A stretch of DNA of 59,767 nucleotides, the filler included. It is 4 parts of 4 records of this genome, joined end to end, with 100 filler letters (N's around TTAATTAATTAA, not from the genome) between each part and the next. Parts side by side here need not be neighbours in the genome. Positions count along the whole stretch, not along the records: positions 1 to 12,576 come from DRR723986_11981; 3 more parts are not named here. One strand, given 5' to 3'. Below the pieces are notes generated by a model that worked only from the letters and a program-made list of their open reading frames with translations, did not search any database and had not been told where the DNA came from. The position numbers were made by a program, and so were the translations under genes. Of the stretch, positions 1 to 9,457 are shown one piece after another; position 1 is the first letter of the stretch; each line of letters begins with the position of its first letter.

Positions 1-2
1 CG

Positions 3-992
3 CCTGCCTATCTGTCCGCCGCAGGGCGCCCCGATGGGCGGTTCATGTTGTGCGGCATCGACCCCGACTTGAACGTCGCATTTGAAGTGCCCCTTCCGGC
101 AAGGGGCCATGCCGCGGCGGCCCATCCGATCCGTCCCGAAGCGGTTGCCTTTGCCAGACGCCCGGGCACCTTTGCCGTTGTGGTTGATTGCAGGACGGGC
201 AAGCAAAAGGCGATACTGCACGCCCCGGCGGGCCGTCACTTTTATGGTCATGGTACGTTTTCCTCGGACGGCAGCCTGCTTTACACAACCGAGAATGACT
301 TTGAGGCAGGTCAGGGCCGGATCGGGGTGTGGGATGCCGACAAGGGCTACAGGCGCGTTGATGAATGGCACAGCGGCGGCATTGGCCCTCACGATATCAA
401 GCGACTATCAGGATCGGAGAGGTTGGTGGTGGCCAACGGCGGCATTGACACACATCCCGCCTCAGGTCGCACCAAGCTGAACATTGCGACGATGCGGCCC
501 AACCTGTCCTACCTTGATCAGGGTGCGGTGACCGAAACCGCAACCTTGCCCCGGGCGTTACACAAAAGCTCCATCAGGCATCTTGCGGTCGCCCCAAGCG
601 GGCAGGTGTTTTTTGCAATGCAGTTGCAAGGGGCCGGCCTGTCTGAAGCATTGGTTGGTGCGCATTGCTCCGGCGGGGAAATCACGCAGTTGCAAGCGGA
701 CGCCGAGGACCTGCGCCATATGCGCGGCTATGTCGGCAGCATCGCTGTCTCTGCGAACGGAGAAACGATAGCGGCCACGTCACCCAAAGGCGGAAGGGTC
801 CAGTTTTACACGGCCTCTTGGATGGGTTGGGTCGATACAGTCAGCATTCACGATGTCTGTGGTGTTGCCCCGTTGAAGGATGGATTTGTTGTCACATCTG
901 GCACGGGCAAGATGCTGGCACTGGCCAGCCGCGAAAAGGCAAAGCACAGGCGCGCGCCTGCCATGTGGGACAATCATTTGATCACTGTCTGA
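3..992 (+). CDS. DUF1513 family beta-propeller protein (5' truncated at window start)
   Basis: Frame is open from nt 3 (PAYLSAAG...). Motifs GRHFYGHG, LYTTEND, GIGPHD, VANGGI.THP and C-terminal WDNHL are typical of DUF1513. Confidence 0.8.
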   Translation, partial: PAYLSAAGRPDGRFMLCGIDPDLNVAFEVPLPARGHAAAAHPIRPEAVAFARRPGTFAVVVDCRTGKQKAILHAPAGRHFYGHGTFSSDGSLLYTTENDFEAGQGRIGVWDADKGYRRVDEWHSGGIGPHDIKRLSGSERLVVANGGIDTHPASGRTKLNIATMRPNLSYLDQGAVTETATLPRALHKSSIRHLAVAPSGQVFFAMQLQGAGLSEALVGAHCSGGEITQLQADAEDLRHMRGYVGSIAVSANGETIAATSPKGGRVQFYTASWMGWVDTVSIHDVCGVAPLKDGFVVTSGTGKMLALASREKAKHRRAPAMWDNHLITV

Positions 993-1194
993 TCGGCATG
1001 ACCAAAATAACCCGCCGAACCTTCTGAGCAGGCCTTGTGCAGGGTGACACGCGCCTGCATTGCGGAACTTCGGATCAGCAGGCGTTCAGGTTGAGAAGGC
1101 AGCGGCAACTTTTCCGGGTATCGCAGCTGTCTCACTGGCATTCACATTCTGTCAAGTTCTGCACCGGATATGCCTTGGCGGGTCATATGCAAGG

Positions 1195-2091
1195 TCACGC
1201 TCTTTGTCTTTTTGTGCGGTTCTTTTCTGCGGCCGCAATGGCGGCTCCGGCAAGAACAAGGGGCAAAGCCAGCAGGAAACTGGAGGAGAGCGGCAACCGG
1301 AAGATCAACAAATCCGCAAGTACAGGCCACATAAGCGCGACATATTCGAAGGGTGCAAGTCGGGACGCCTCTGCATAGCTGAAGGACAAGGTCATTGCGA
1401 TATGCGCGAAGCCTCCGAACAGCCCGGCAAGCACCAGAAGCGAGAGTGTATACATATCCGGCATGGCCCAGCCCATGGGCAGGGTCACTATCCCACCTGC
1501 CATAGAGGCAAGCACAAAATAGAACGCAATTGCGCCGGGGCTTTCGGTGCGGGTCAGGGTGCGGACCATAATCAGTGCAAAGGCCGTCAGGAATGCGGTC
1601 AACAGACCAAGCCCGATCCCGAGTAGCCTGCGTGCGTCCATCACCCCGCCTCCTATGTCGGGCCAGACAAGCACCAATACCCCCGCAAGACCAAGGCCAA
1701 GCCCGAGAACCCGCCATCTGGTCAACCGCTCGGACAAGGCCACCACCGCGATGACCGCGGTAAGCACGGGTGCAAGTTGCGCCAGCAGAACGGCCTCTGC
1801 CAATGGCAAAAGCGCCACCGAAGCGAAGGAGGTAAACATCGCAGCGGCCCCAAAGAACGAGCGCACGAGGTGCCCGAGGGGGCGGGCGGTGCGAAGGCCA
1901 GAGGGAAATTCATGACGCCACGCCAGAAAAACCACCAGGGGGATCAGCGCGAAGAAGGATCGGAAAAACACGATCTGGCCAAGGGGTGAGGTCGCGCTTG
2001 CCGCTTTGACGCAGATGACCATGCCGGTGAACAGCGCCCCGGATAAAAGGCGCAGGGCGATGCCAAGATTTGGTTTGTCAGATTGTGTCAT
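1195..2091 (-). CDS. DMT/EamA family transporter
   Basis: True start MTQSDKPNLG at 2091 overlaps the upstream permease stop (ATGA). About 10 hydrophobic segments; FFRS and ASRLAPFEY motifs. Confidence 0.85.
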   Translation of the reverse strand: MTQSDKPNLGIALRLLSGALFTGMVICVKAASATSPLGQIVFFRSFFALIPLVVFLAWRHEFPSGLRTARPLGHLVRSFFGAAAMFTSFASVALLPLAEAVLLAQLAPVLTAVIAVVALSERLTRWRVLGLGLGLAGVLVLVWPDIGGGVMDARRLLGIGLGLLTAFLTAFALIMVRTLTRTESPGAIAFYFVLASMAGGIVTLPMGWAMPDMYTLSLLVLAGLFGGFAHIAMTLSFSYAEASRLAPFEYVALMWPVLADLLIFRLPLSSSFLLALPLVLAGAAIAAAEKNRTKRQRA

Positions 2092-2882
2092 CCGGTGTCT
2101 TCCTTCGCGGCCAGCGCATCGCGCAGGGCGTCGCCTGCCAGATTGATGGCAAGAACAGAGCTGACCACGGCAAGACCCGGCCAGATCATTTGCAATGGGG
2201 TTGAGCGCATGTGGATCCGCGCATCCAGCAACATCGTGCCCCATTCGGGCAGGGGCGGCTGAACCCCGAACCCCAGAAATCCAAGCGCGGAAATGCCAAG
2301 GATCGCGCGGGCAAACATGCCCGTCCAGACAACGATCAAAGAGGGTAAGAGTGATGGCAGGTAATGCCATCGCGCAATTGCCAGCGGGTTCATCCCCGCA
2401 AGACGGGCTTGCACCACGTACCCTTTTGTTGCCAGCGACAACCCAATACCCCGCGCCACACGGGCGTAGCGCATCCAGCCCGTCACAGCGAGGGCGAAAA
2501 CAAGCGTGCCGGTGCCTGCGCCCAGCACACCTGCGATCACCACGGCTGCGATCAATTCGGGGAATGCAAGAAACGTGTCGGTTCCTCGCATGGCAATCCA
2601 ATCGGCAAACCGCCCGCCTTGGGCCGCAATCAGCCCAACGCAGGTGCCGACCATCAGACCGAGGAAAGAGACGAGAAACGCCAACCCAAGCGACCAGCGT
2701 GCTCCGTGCAGAAGCCTTGAGAGGATATCGCGGCCAAGCGCATCCGTTCCCAAAAGCCATTCACCACTTGGCGGAAGCAGCCGTTTTGGAATGTTGATCG
2801 CCGCCGGATCATGGGGCGCCAGCATGGGCCCTACCACCATGAGCAACAAAAAGATAATGACCAGAACACCAACGCTACGCAT
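2088..2882 (-). CDS. Peptide/nickel ABC transporter permease (DppC/NikC-like)
   Basis: LGTDALGRDILSRL, EAA-loop region YVVQARLAG, LGFLGFGVQPPLPEWG. Confidence 0.9.
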   Translation of the reverse strand: MRSVGVLVIIFLLLMVVGPMLAPHDPAAINIPKRLLPPSGEWLLGTDALGRDILSRLLHGARWSLGLAFLVSFLGLMVGTCVGLIAAQGGRFADWIAMRGTDTFLAFPELIAAVVIAGVLGAGTGTLVFALAVTGWMRYARVARGIGLSLATKGYVVQARLAGMNPLAIARWHYLPSLLPSLIVVWTGMFARAILGISALGFLGFGVQPPLPEWGTMLLDARIHMRSTPLQMIWPGLAVVSSVLAINLAGDALRDALAAKEDTG

Positions 2883-3813
2883 CGCGACCATCCATTCGTG
2901 GATCAAGGATGCGATAGAACAAATCAATGGCAAGGTTCACCGTCACAAAGATCACAGCGGTAAGCAGCACGACAGCCTGCACCTTTGGAAAATCGCGTGC
3001 GTAAATTGCACTTACCAGAAAGCTGCCAAGGCCGGGGCGGGCAAAAATCACCTCAACCACGACCAACCCTTCCAGCAGAAAGGCAAGTTCGAGGCCCAAC
3101 ACTGTGATGACCGGGATGGCCGCATGGGGGGCAACGTGATCACGCGCGATTTTGTGCGGTGCGATGCCGCGCCGGTGAAATGCAGGCAGGAACGCCTGCG
3201 TGCGTGCCTCCAGTATCCCCGACCGGATGATCCGCGTCAGGGAGGCTGCGACACCCAATGCAAGTGTCAGCGCGGGCAGAATGGCATGGATCTCTGTGTC
3301 CGCCCCCATCGCGGGCAGCCAGCCAAGCTGGACCGCGAACAACAGGATCAGCAGCAGCCCAAGCCAGAACGCCGGGATCGCAACCCCGATCGAGGCCAGC
3401 GCCACCGCGCCCCGGTCCATCCAACTGCCGGGCCTGCGCGTCGCGATCAAGGCGAGCGGGACAGAGATTGCGAGGCCAATGGCGAGACTGACCAGCGCAA
3501 GCGGGAACGTATAGGACAGTGCCGTCATCAGATCAGGCCAGACCGCGCGGCCCGTCACCGACGATTGCCCGAAATCACCCGCGAGCAGCGGTGAAAGCCA
3601 TGCCCAGAACGCGGTCCAGAAGCCTGTGTCAAAACCGGCCTCGGCGCGGATGAAATCAAGCACCTCTTTGGAAACAACGGTGCCATAACGCGCCTCTGCA
3701 ATCGACAGCGCCGGATCACCGGGCGCATGCCAGAGCAGCGCAAAGGTGGCCAGCGCCACCCCCGTCAGAACAACAAAGGCCCGCAACAGAAGATCAGCGC
3801 CAATACGGATCAT
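2875..3813 (-). CDS. Peptide/nickel ABC transporter permease (DppB/NikB-like)
   Basis: APGDPA, GDFGQS, IPAFWLG, VEVIFARPGLG, YRILDPR; start MIRIG with ATGA overlap. Confidence 0.9.
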   Translation of the reverse strand: MIRIGADLLLRAFVVLTGVALATFALLWHAPGDPALSIAEARYGTVVSKEVLDFIRAEAGFDTGFWTAFWAWLSPLLAGDFGQSSVTGRAVWPDLMTALSYTFPLALVSLAIGLAISVPLALIATRRPGSWMDRGAVALASIGVAIPAFWLGLLLILLFAVQLGWLPAMGADTEIHAILPALTLALGVAASLTRIIRSGILEARTQAFLPAFHRRGIAPHKIARDHVAPHAAIPVITVLGLELAFLLEGLVVVEVIFARPGLGSFLVSAIYARDFPKVQAVVLLTAVIFVTVNLAIDLFYRILDPRMDGRDA

Positions 3814-4535
3814 GCAACCTGCTCCAACGCGCCAAGCGCAAAGGCAGCATCGCGAAGCCTGCGTCCATAGTCGGTCTGCGGGGCCGTGACAAAGGCCTGT
3901 GCAGGTCCATTTTCCTTGATCCGTCCGGCGCACAGAACCGCGATGTCATCGGCATAGGCGGCGGCATAGCCAAGGTCATGAGTGACAATGAGTGCCGCAA
4001 AACCTTCTCTGGCCTGTAGATCCGCGATCAGCCGTGCAGTGTGCTTTTGCGTAACCGCGTCCAGCGCGGACAGGGGTTCGTCCAACAGCACAAGCGGCGG
4101 GGCGGCGATCAGCGCGCGCAAAATACCGGCGCGTTGGGCTTGGCCGATGGATACCTCGGATGGTCTACGATCCAACAACTCTGGTCGGATTTCCAACCCG
4201 TCGCAGAGCATCCGCAGGCGGTCAGGTTGGATCGGGCGTTTTTGCGCCAGGGCGGGTTCCATGACCGAACGCCGCAGTGTCAAATGTGGATTGAACGCCG
4301 CACGGGGTTCCTGCATCACCAAAGCCGGGCGGCATTGCGGCACGGGTGCGTTGTTCCACTTGATCTGACCGGTGGCGCATCGCACCAGCCCGAGGATCGC
4401 GTTGACGAGTGTGGATTTTCCAGCGCCGCTTTCTCCGACAACCGCCAGTGTGCGCCCAGCACCAAGCGTGAGCGACACGTCCTGCAGGGTCAGCGCCGCT
4501 TCGCGTCTGATCGAGATGGAATTGACGCTCAGCAT
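3810..4535 (-). CDS. ABC transporter ATP-binding protein
   Basis: Walker A GESGAGKS, Walker B LLDEP, H-loop VTHD; signature variant VSIGQ. Confidence 0.9.
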   Translation of the reverse strand: MLSVNSISIRREAALTLQDVSLTLGAGRTLAVVGESGAGKSTLVNAILGLVRCATGQIKWNNAPVPQCRPALVMQEPRAAFNPHLTLRRSVMEPALAQKRPIQPDRLRMLCDGLEIRPELLDRRPSEVSIGQAQRAGILRALIAAPPLVLLDEPLSALDAVTQKHTARLIADLQAREGFAALIVTHDLGYAAAYADDIAVLCAGRIKENGPAQAFVTAPQTDYGRRLRDAAFALGALEQVA

Positions 4536-5212
4536 GGCAATTCCAACCAGTTGCGGTGCGCACAGAGGGCCTTGGCGGCCTCGGTTTGTGGGGCAGCCAA
4601 GAACTGGGCTGTTGGGGCATCCTCAACCACCTGCCCTGCGTCCATGACCATCAGCCGCGAGACCCACCGCGCGGCGAGGCCGAGATCATGGGTGATCAGC
4701 AAAAGCGCAGTTTCCCGGTCTGCCAGATAGGTCTCAAGCAGATCCATGGTGCCTGCCGCGACCACGGGGTCCAGCGCCGACGTCGGCTCATCCATCACCA
4801 ACAAATCGGGAGAGCCGATCAGGGCCAGAGCGATAACAAAGCGTTGCTGCATGCCACGACTCCAGCCCCAAGGGCGTTTGCCCAAGTCTCCCTTGCCAAT
4901 TTGCAGAGCCTCGAAAAGCTCTGAGCGGCGTGCATCATCCGGGGCCAGGCCCAGTGCCTGCTCTGTTTCGCGCCAATGGAATGCCATGGACCGTAGCGGA
5001 TCGAGCGCCTCATCCGGGCTTTGCGGGACATGCGCAACGCTTGTGCCATGGCTGCGCAAGGCGTCGATCAGCGCATGCCCCAGGGTCGATTTCCCAGACC
5101 CGGAAGCGCCAACAAGCCCGACACGTTCGCCGGGCCTGATCTCCACCTGAGTGGGGTATAAAATTGTGCGGCCCGAGCGCTCAGCGCTCAGGCCATATGC
5201 GGTGATTGTCAT
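4529..5212 (-). CDS. ABC transporter ATP-binding protein
   Basis: Walker A GASGSGKS, VMDEPTSALD, ITHD; signature variant WSRGM; start MTITAY with ATGA overlap. Confidence 0.9.
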   Translation of the reverse strand: MTITAYGLSAERSGRTILYPTQVEIRPGERVGLVGASGSGKSTLGHALIDALRSHGTSVAHVPQSPDEALDPLRSMAFHWRETEQALGLAPDDARRSELFEALQIGKGDLGKRPWGWSRGMQQRFVIALALIGSPDLLVMDEPTSALDPVVAAGTMDLLETYLADRETALLLITHDLGLAARWVSRLMVMDAGQVVEDAPTAQFLAAPQTEAAKALCAHRNWLELPC

Positions 5213-6732
5213 TTGGCGAATCGTGTCTCGTGAGTGATCCAATAGGTTTCAGTGGGGTGGACCTGATAACCGGTCAGGCCTGCACGGGCCACAACGGCCT
5301 GACTGACGTGGAACACAGGGATCAGCGGCACGTCTGTGGCAATGATCTGCTGGACCTTGTCGTAGATGGCCTTGCGTTCTGCGGAATCAGAGATCGCACG
5401 CCCACGATCCAGCAGATCGTCCATTGCCGGATTGGCGTAGCGCCCGGCGTTGGATCCGCCTTCACTGTCTACAAGAAACCCCAGAATTGAGCCGGGATCG
5501 CCCTGCGGCAGCATCACCCATGCTTGCAGGAACATATCACCCTCACCGGCCATCAGCGCCTCGTTGCTGGCACCGTATTCACCCACACGAACGCTGGCCG
5601 TGATGCCGATCTGTTGTAGGAATGCCTGGGTGATTTCAGCCGTCGGAGGCAGCGCCGCACGGGAGGAATAGGTCAGGATCTCGATCTCCAGAGGGGCGCC
5701 ATCCAACATCCATTTGCCGCCCTGCTTGATGGCGCCTGCTTCGGCCAGCAGTTCCTCTGCGCGGGCGGGATCATAAATGGCCGGTATATCCGCCGCCCAG
5801 CCTTTGCCTTCGGGATAAATCGTGCCAGCGGCCACGCCGCCGACACCTGATAGGACAGCCTCGACGATGCCGTCGCGGTCAATTGCCAGAGACACGGCCC
5901 GGCGGATCAGCGGGTTCGCAAGCGGACCTGATGCAGTGTTCATGGTATAGAAGTAAAGCCGCGCTGTCGGAGCGGTGAAACCACTTGCCCCGGTTTCCTG
6001 AATGCGCACAAAATCCGTTTCTGGATAGTTGATGACCATATCAACATCGCCCGCCTCAAAGGCCAGAGCTGCGGATGCCGGATCGGGGGAGGCAACGACG
6101 CGGATCTCTTCGAAACCGGGGGTGCCTTGGCGGTAATCTGTGTCTGCCTCGACCCGATAGAATAGATCAGGCACCGCTTCGCGGAAGATATAGGGACCGG
6201 TTGCGTTGATCGGATAGGCGTCCGATGACGCGCCAAGAATGGCCACGCCAGGATCAGACAGGTTCCATTTGAACGCGGCATTCACGCTGTTGGTCTCAAA
6301 CACCACGACCCGGTCGCCATCCGTAGACATGCCCGCCAGATCCAGCACCTTGGCGATACGGGCGTTGTGGGCTGGATCGCCCTCAACCGAAATCGGTGCA
6401 ATCGCGTCAATCACAGCCTGCGCTGAAACGGGGCTGCCATCGTGAAACGTCAGCCCTTCGCGCAATGTGACCCGCCATGTGGTTGGTGCTGTCTGTTCAA
6501 TGCTTTCGGCCAGCCGGGGATAGAGGTTCAGATCATGGTCAATGCCCATCAGGGTTTCAGTCACACCGGTCTGGTTGGACATCCAGCCATTGTAGCCGGC
6601 CCGTGGGTCGGGCACTTCGGCGGAGGGGCCAAAGGTGACGGAAATGGTGAGCGTATCGTCCTGCGCAGCGGCGGGCAGCACGGCACCGACTGCGATAAAC
6701 GCAGCGGCTGCAAAGCGGGTGAAAACTGACAT
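5209..6732 (-). CDS. ABC transporter substrate-binding protein, family 5 (peptide/nickel/metallophore)
   Basis: Signal peptide MSVFTRFAAAAFIAVGAVLPAAAQ; LREGLTFHDGSP, ATGPY, IRRAVSLAIDR motifs. Confidence 0.9.
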   Translation of the reverse strand: MSVFTRFAAAAFIAVGAVLPAAAQDDTLTISVTFGPSAEVPDPRAGYNGWMSNQTGVTETLMGIDHDLNLYPRLAESIEQTAPTTWRVTLREGLTFHDGSPVSAQAVIDAIAPISVEGDPAHNARIAKVLDLAGMSTDGDRVVVFETNSVNAAFKWNLSDPGVAILGASSDAYPINATGPYIFREAVPDLFYRVEADTDYRQGTPGFEEIRVVASPDPASAALAFEAGDVDMVINYPETDFVRIQETGASGFTAPTARLYFYTMNTASGPLANPLIRRAVSLAIDRDGIVEAVLSGVGGVAAGTIYPEGKGWAADIPAIYDPARAEELLAEAGAIKQGGKWMLDGAPLEIEILTYSSRAALPPTAEITQAFLQQIGITASVRVGEYGASNEALMAGEGDMFLQAWVMLPQGDPGSILGFLVDSEGGSNAGRYANPAMDDLLDRGRAISDSAERKAIYDKVQQIIATDVPLIPVFHVSQAVVARAGLTGYQVHPTETYWITHETRFAK

Positions 6733-6742
6733 ATGGGTTCCT

Positions 6743-7015
6743 TTAGGTCTTGGGTGTCGGGGTGTTGGCAATCGCAAAGCGGTCCCGCGCGAGTGTGCGC
6801 GCTTCGGCCTGGGTGAGGGTGGAAAGGGCATCTTCGGCGCTCAGCCCCTGTGCGCGGGCGCGGTCCCAAAGCTTGCGGGCAGAGGTTGTTGACCAGGGCA
6901 GGTTTGCTTGCGCCAGCCATTGGCGCAGTGGTGACGGCAGGGCGTCATAGTTGCGCATTGGATCGGTAGCGCGGCGCTTGCGGGCCAGCGATGTGGTGCC
7001 AAGATTGCGGGTCAT
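6743..7015 (-). CDS. DUF6525-like small protein
   Basis: NLG.TSL..., DPM..YDALP.PLR.WL..A.LPWS pattern; coupled to the upstream gene by ATGA. Confidence 0.65.
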   Translation of the reverse strand: MTRNLGTTSLARKRRATDPMRNYDALPSPLRQWLAQANLPWSTTSARKLWDRARAQGLSAEDALSTLTQAEARTLARDRFAIANTPTPKT

Positions 7016-7650
7016 GCGGCATCCTCAAGGTCGATCACGGGGTCAAGCACCAGCACAAGGCGTGTTTCGCCCGTGCCCTCAATGGGTGGCGAACGATGAA
7101 GAAGGCCCAAGCGCGGCTCCTCCGGCCAGAGCGTGCCGCGCAGCAGGACGGGCGCACCGGTTGCGACGGTAAAGACGCGGGACGGATCATTGCCGTTTGT
7201 TGAAAATCCGTACTGCGTGCCCTGACCGCGATAAGTGCAAATCAGCCGCGCCGTGAGCGCGTCGATATGAAACTTGCGACAGGCATTTGAGCTCACCGGC
7301 TGTAGCCGAAGACGCAGGTAGGGTGGCTGCATCAGTTTCGCGCAGGTATCCGCAAGCGCTGTAATATCCTCAATCAGATGGTCGCGCTCGGGGCATGTCG
7401 GCATGCCTGCGCTGTCACAGAGATCCGTCACAGCGGATTTCACCGCAGCGGGCCGCAGGACAATGCGCCCTGCTGGCAAGGTCTGCGGGTCAAGACTGTC
7501 GATCCAGTTTTGAAATTGCGGCTTTTGTTGCCTGCGCCAGATCGCCGCCGCGCAACCGGGGTTTAAGAACGCCGTCAGACCTTCGGGCTTGTCGGCGACA
7601 ACGATACCGTCTGAGGTGGTGGCCCGCTCTATATGCTGGACAGGGTTCAT
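7012..7650 (-). CDS. DUF1826 family protein (2OG-Fe dioxygenase-like fold, HxD...H)
   Basis: AAIWRR, CRKFHID, RLICTYRG.GTQ, LLHRSPPI, RLVLVLD. Confidence 0.85.
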   Translation of the reverse strand: MNPVQHIERATTSDGIVVADKPEGLTAFLNPGCAAAIWRRQQKPQFQNWIDSLDPQTLPAGRIVLRPAAVKSAVTDLCDSAGMPTCPERDHLIEDITALADTCAKLMQPPYLRLRLQPVSSNACRKFHIDALTARLICTYRGQGTQYGFSTNGNDPSRVFTVATGAPVLLRGTLWPEEPRLGLLHRSPPIEGTGETRLVLVLDPVIDLEDAA

Positions 7651-7721
7651 ACCGCGTCCTCAACCCGGCGCCTGCCCGGAAATCTGGAAAGCACAGTGAC
7701 GGGAAGGCATCTGTCTGACAT
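7647..7721 (-). pseudogene. Internally deleted remnant of a COG0523/ZigA-CobW GTPase metallochaperone
   Basis: 24-codon ORF MSDRCLPVTVLSRFPGRRRVEDAV with a GGAG RBS. It matches the COG0523 N-terminus (LPVTVLSGFLGAGKT), and its stop overlaps the DUF1826 ATG. Confidence 0.7.
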
Positions 7722-7751
7722 AAGAGGCTCCAAAGCTGATCCGTAGATCAC

Positions 7752-7794
7752 GCAACTTACGCAGTTACTTTACTAATGCAACTGCAAAAGTTAC
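7752..7794. promoter_or_regulatory. Two tandem imperfect palindromes GCAACT-N5-AGTTAC, candidate Rrf2 operators
   Basis: GCAACTTACGCAGTTAC (7752-7768) and GCAACTGCAAAAGTTAC (7778-7794) lie between the divergent operon and the Rrf2 gene. Confidence 0.65.
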
Positions 7795-7825
7795 GTTTAT
7801 CTGCCGTTTAGGAGAAAACCCGTAG

Positions 7826-8230
7826 ATGAAGCGCAACTCCCGCCTGTCACTTGCCCTGCACACCCTGAGCCATATGGCAGGGAGCCCTGACCGCTTGCGG
7901 ACCTCTGGCGACATAGCAGAACATGCGGGCACCAACCCCGTGGTTGTCCGCCGTGTCCTTGGAAAGCTGCGAGAGGCAGGTCTTCTCATCTCGGAAAAAG
8001 GCCATGCAGGTGGATGGCGTTTGGCGCGCGGGCCGGAGGACATCACGCTGGCAGATGTCTACCTCGCGCTGGACGAACGGATGGTCGCCACCGAGGAAAT
8101 GAGCGATGCAACGGATTGCTCTGTTGAACAGGCCCTGCAAAAACGTGTGTCCGGCGTCCTTGAAGAGATCGAAGAGAACCTGGTCCAAAGGTTGGCCGAG
8201 ACCTCCATCGCAGAGGTACGCGGAGGCTGA
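7826..8230 (+). CDS. Rrf2 family transcriptional regulator
   Basis: TS..IA, TNPVVVRRVLGKL, G.AGGW.LAR, ITLADVY. Only one Cys, so not the 3-Cys IscR/NsrR type. Confidence 0.9.
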   Translation: MKRNSRLSLALHTLSHMAGSPDRLRTSGDIAEHAGTNPVVVRRVLGKLREAGLLISEKGHAGGWRLARGPEDITLADVYLALDERMVATEEMSDATDCSVEQALQKRVSGVLEEIEENLVQRLAETSIAEVRGG

Positions 8231-8323
8231 CAGAGTGAGCGGATGTAAGAGGCGAGCACGCTGAGATGAGCGACAGCCACCGCCAATGACACCTCGCCCT
8301 TCCGCCTAAGCCAGATCTTTCCT

Positions 8324-9457
8324 CTACAGCCTCTTGCAGATTGTAAAATCGTCACTGCAATAGACTGCCGTTTCAAGACCTCTGGCAAGTTGACCAAGTT
8401 GCCCCGGCTCCCTGAGCAGGGCGGTCGGCGCGGAAGTTGCCCGGCGCAATGCTTGGGTCGCGCTATCACCAACCTGTTCCCGCATCACCGCAATCGCGCG
8501 GGGCATCTCAAGGTCGGCCCCCGCCAAAGTGCCATCCGCCAATGTGAGGCGCTGGTCTTTTCGAAACACGTCCCGACCATTGATCGAAAACGTCTGAATG
8601 GACGATCCGGCCGTTGCCATCGCATCCGTGACCAGAAAGATCCGCTCGGACTCCCCGCTGGCGGCCAAAGCGGCGCGTATGGTGGCGGGATGCACGTGGA
8701 TTCCGTCTGCGATTACTCCGGCATGTACGTCGTCACGCACAAGGGTCGCGCCGACCAATCCGGGTTCGCGGCTTCCCATCTGGCTCATCGCGTTAAACAG
8801 ATGCGTCACGCAGCGCGCACCGGCGTCAAACGCATCCATGCAGGTCGCGAAATCAGCGTCAGTGTGACCAAGCGATACAACGATCCCCGCATCGGACAGC
8901 ACTTTGATCTGGGCGCAGGATGCACTTTCCGGTGCAAGCGTGACCATAACATTGGGCAGCCGGTCCGCCGCGCCAAGCAGGATCGCGAGATCTTCGTCTG
9001 TCATTGTCCGAATAAGATTTGGATCATGGGCGCCCTTGCGGGCAACCGACAGATGCGGCCCCTCAAGGTGAATGCCGACAATGCCATCGACTCCATCTGC
9101 GATGGCCTGTTCGACCGCGTCGATGGCCCTGCGGGTGCGTTCTGCGGTGTCGGTGATCAGGGTGGGAAGTATTGCAGCCGTCCCCGTTGCCCGGTGGGCC
9201 TGCGCAATGATGCGCAATGCCGCGACGGATTGGTCATCATTGAACATCACCCCGCCGCCACCGTTGACCTGCAAGTCCACAAAGCCGGGCATGATGATAC
9301 CGCCCTGAAGCACCTCAGTTGGGCATCCCTGAGGGAGGCTGTCACGGGGGCGCAGGCTCAGCACCTCCCCTTTGCCAACCACCAGAGCGTGATCGACATA
9401 GATGGTGCGGCCATCATGGATTTTTGCGCCAACAAAGGCTTTGGCGATGTCGCTCAT
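8324..9457 (-). CDS. nagA: N-acetylglucosamine-6-phosphate deacetylase
   Basis: PGFVDLQVNG, GIHLEGP, KGAH, THLFNAM, DGIHV, VTDAM, GTLAG. Confidence 0.95.
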   Translation of the reverse strand: MSDIAKAFVGAKIHDGRTIYVDHALVVGKGEVLSLRPRDSLPQGCPTEVLQGGIIMPGFVDLQVNGGGGVMFNDDQSVAALRIIAQAHRATGTAAILPTLITDTAERTRRAIDAVEQAIADGVDGIVGIHLEGPHLSVARKGAHDPNLIRTMTDEDLAILLGAADRLPNVMVTLAPESASCAQIKVLSDAGIVVSLGHTDADFATCMDAFDAGARCVTHLFNAMSQMGSREPGLVGATLVRDDVHAGVIADGIHVHPATIRAALAASGESERIFLVTDAMATAGSSIQTFSINGRDVFRKDQRLTLADGTLAGADLEMPRAIAVMREQVGDSATQALRRATSAPTALLREPGQLGQLARGLETAVYCSDDFTICKRL

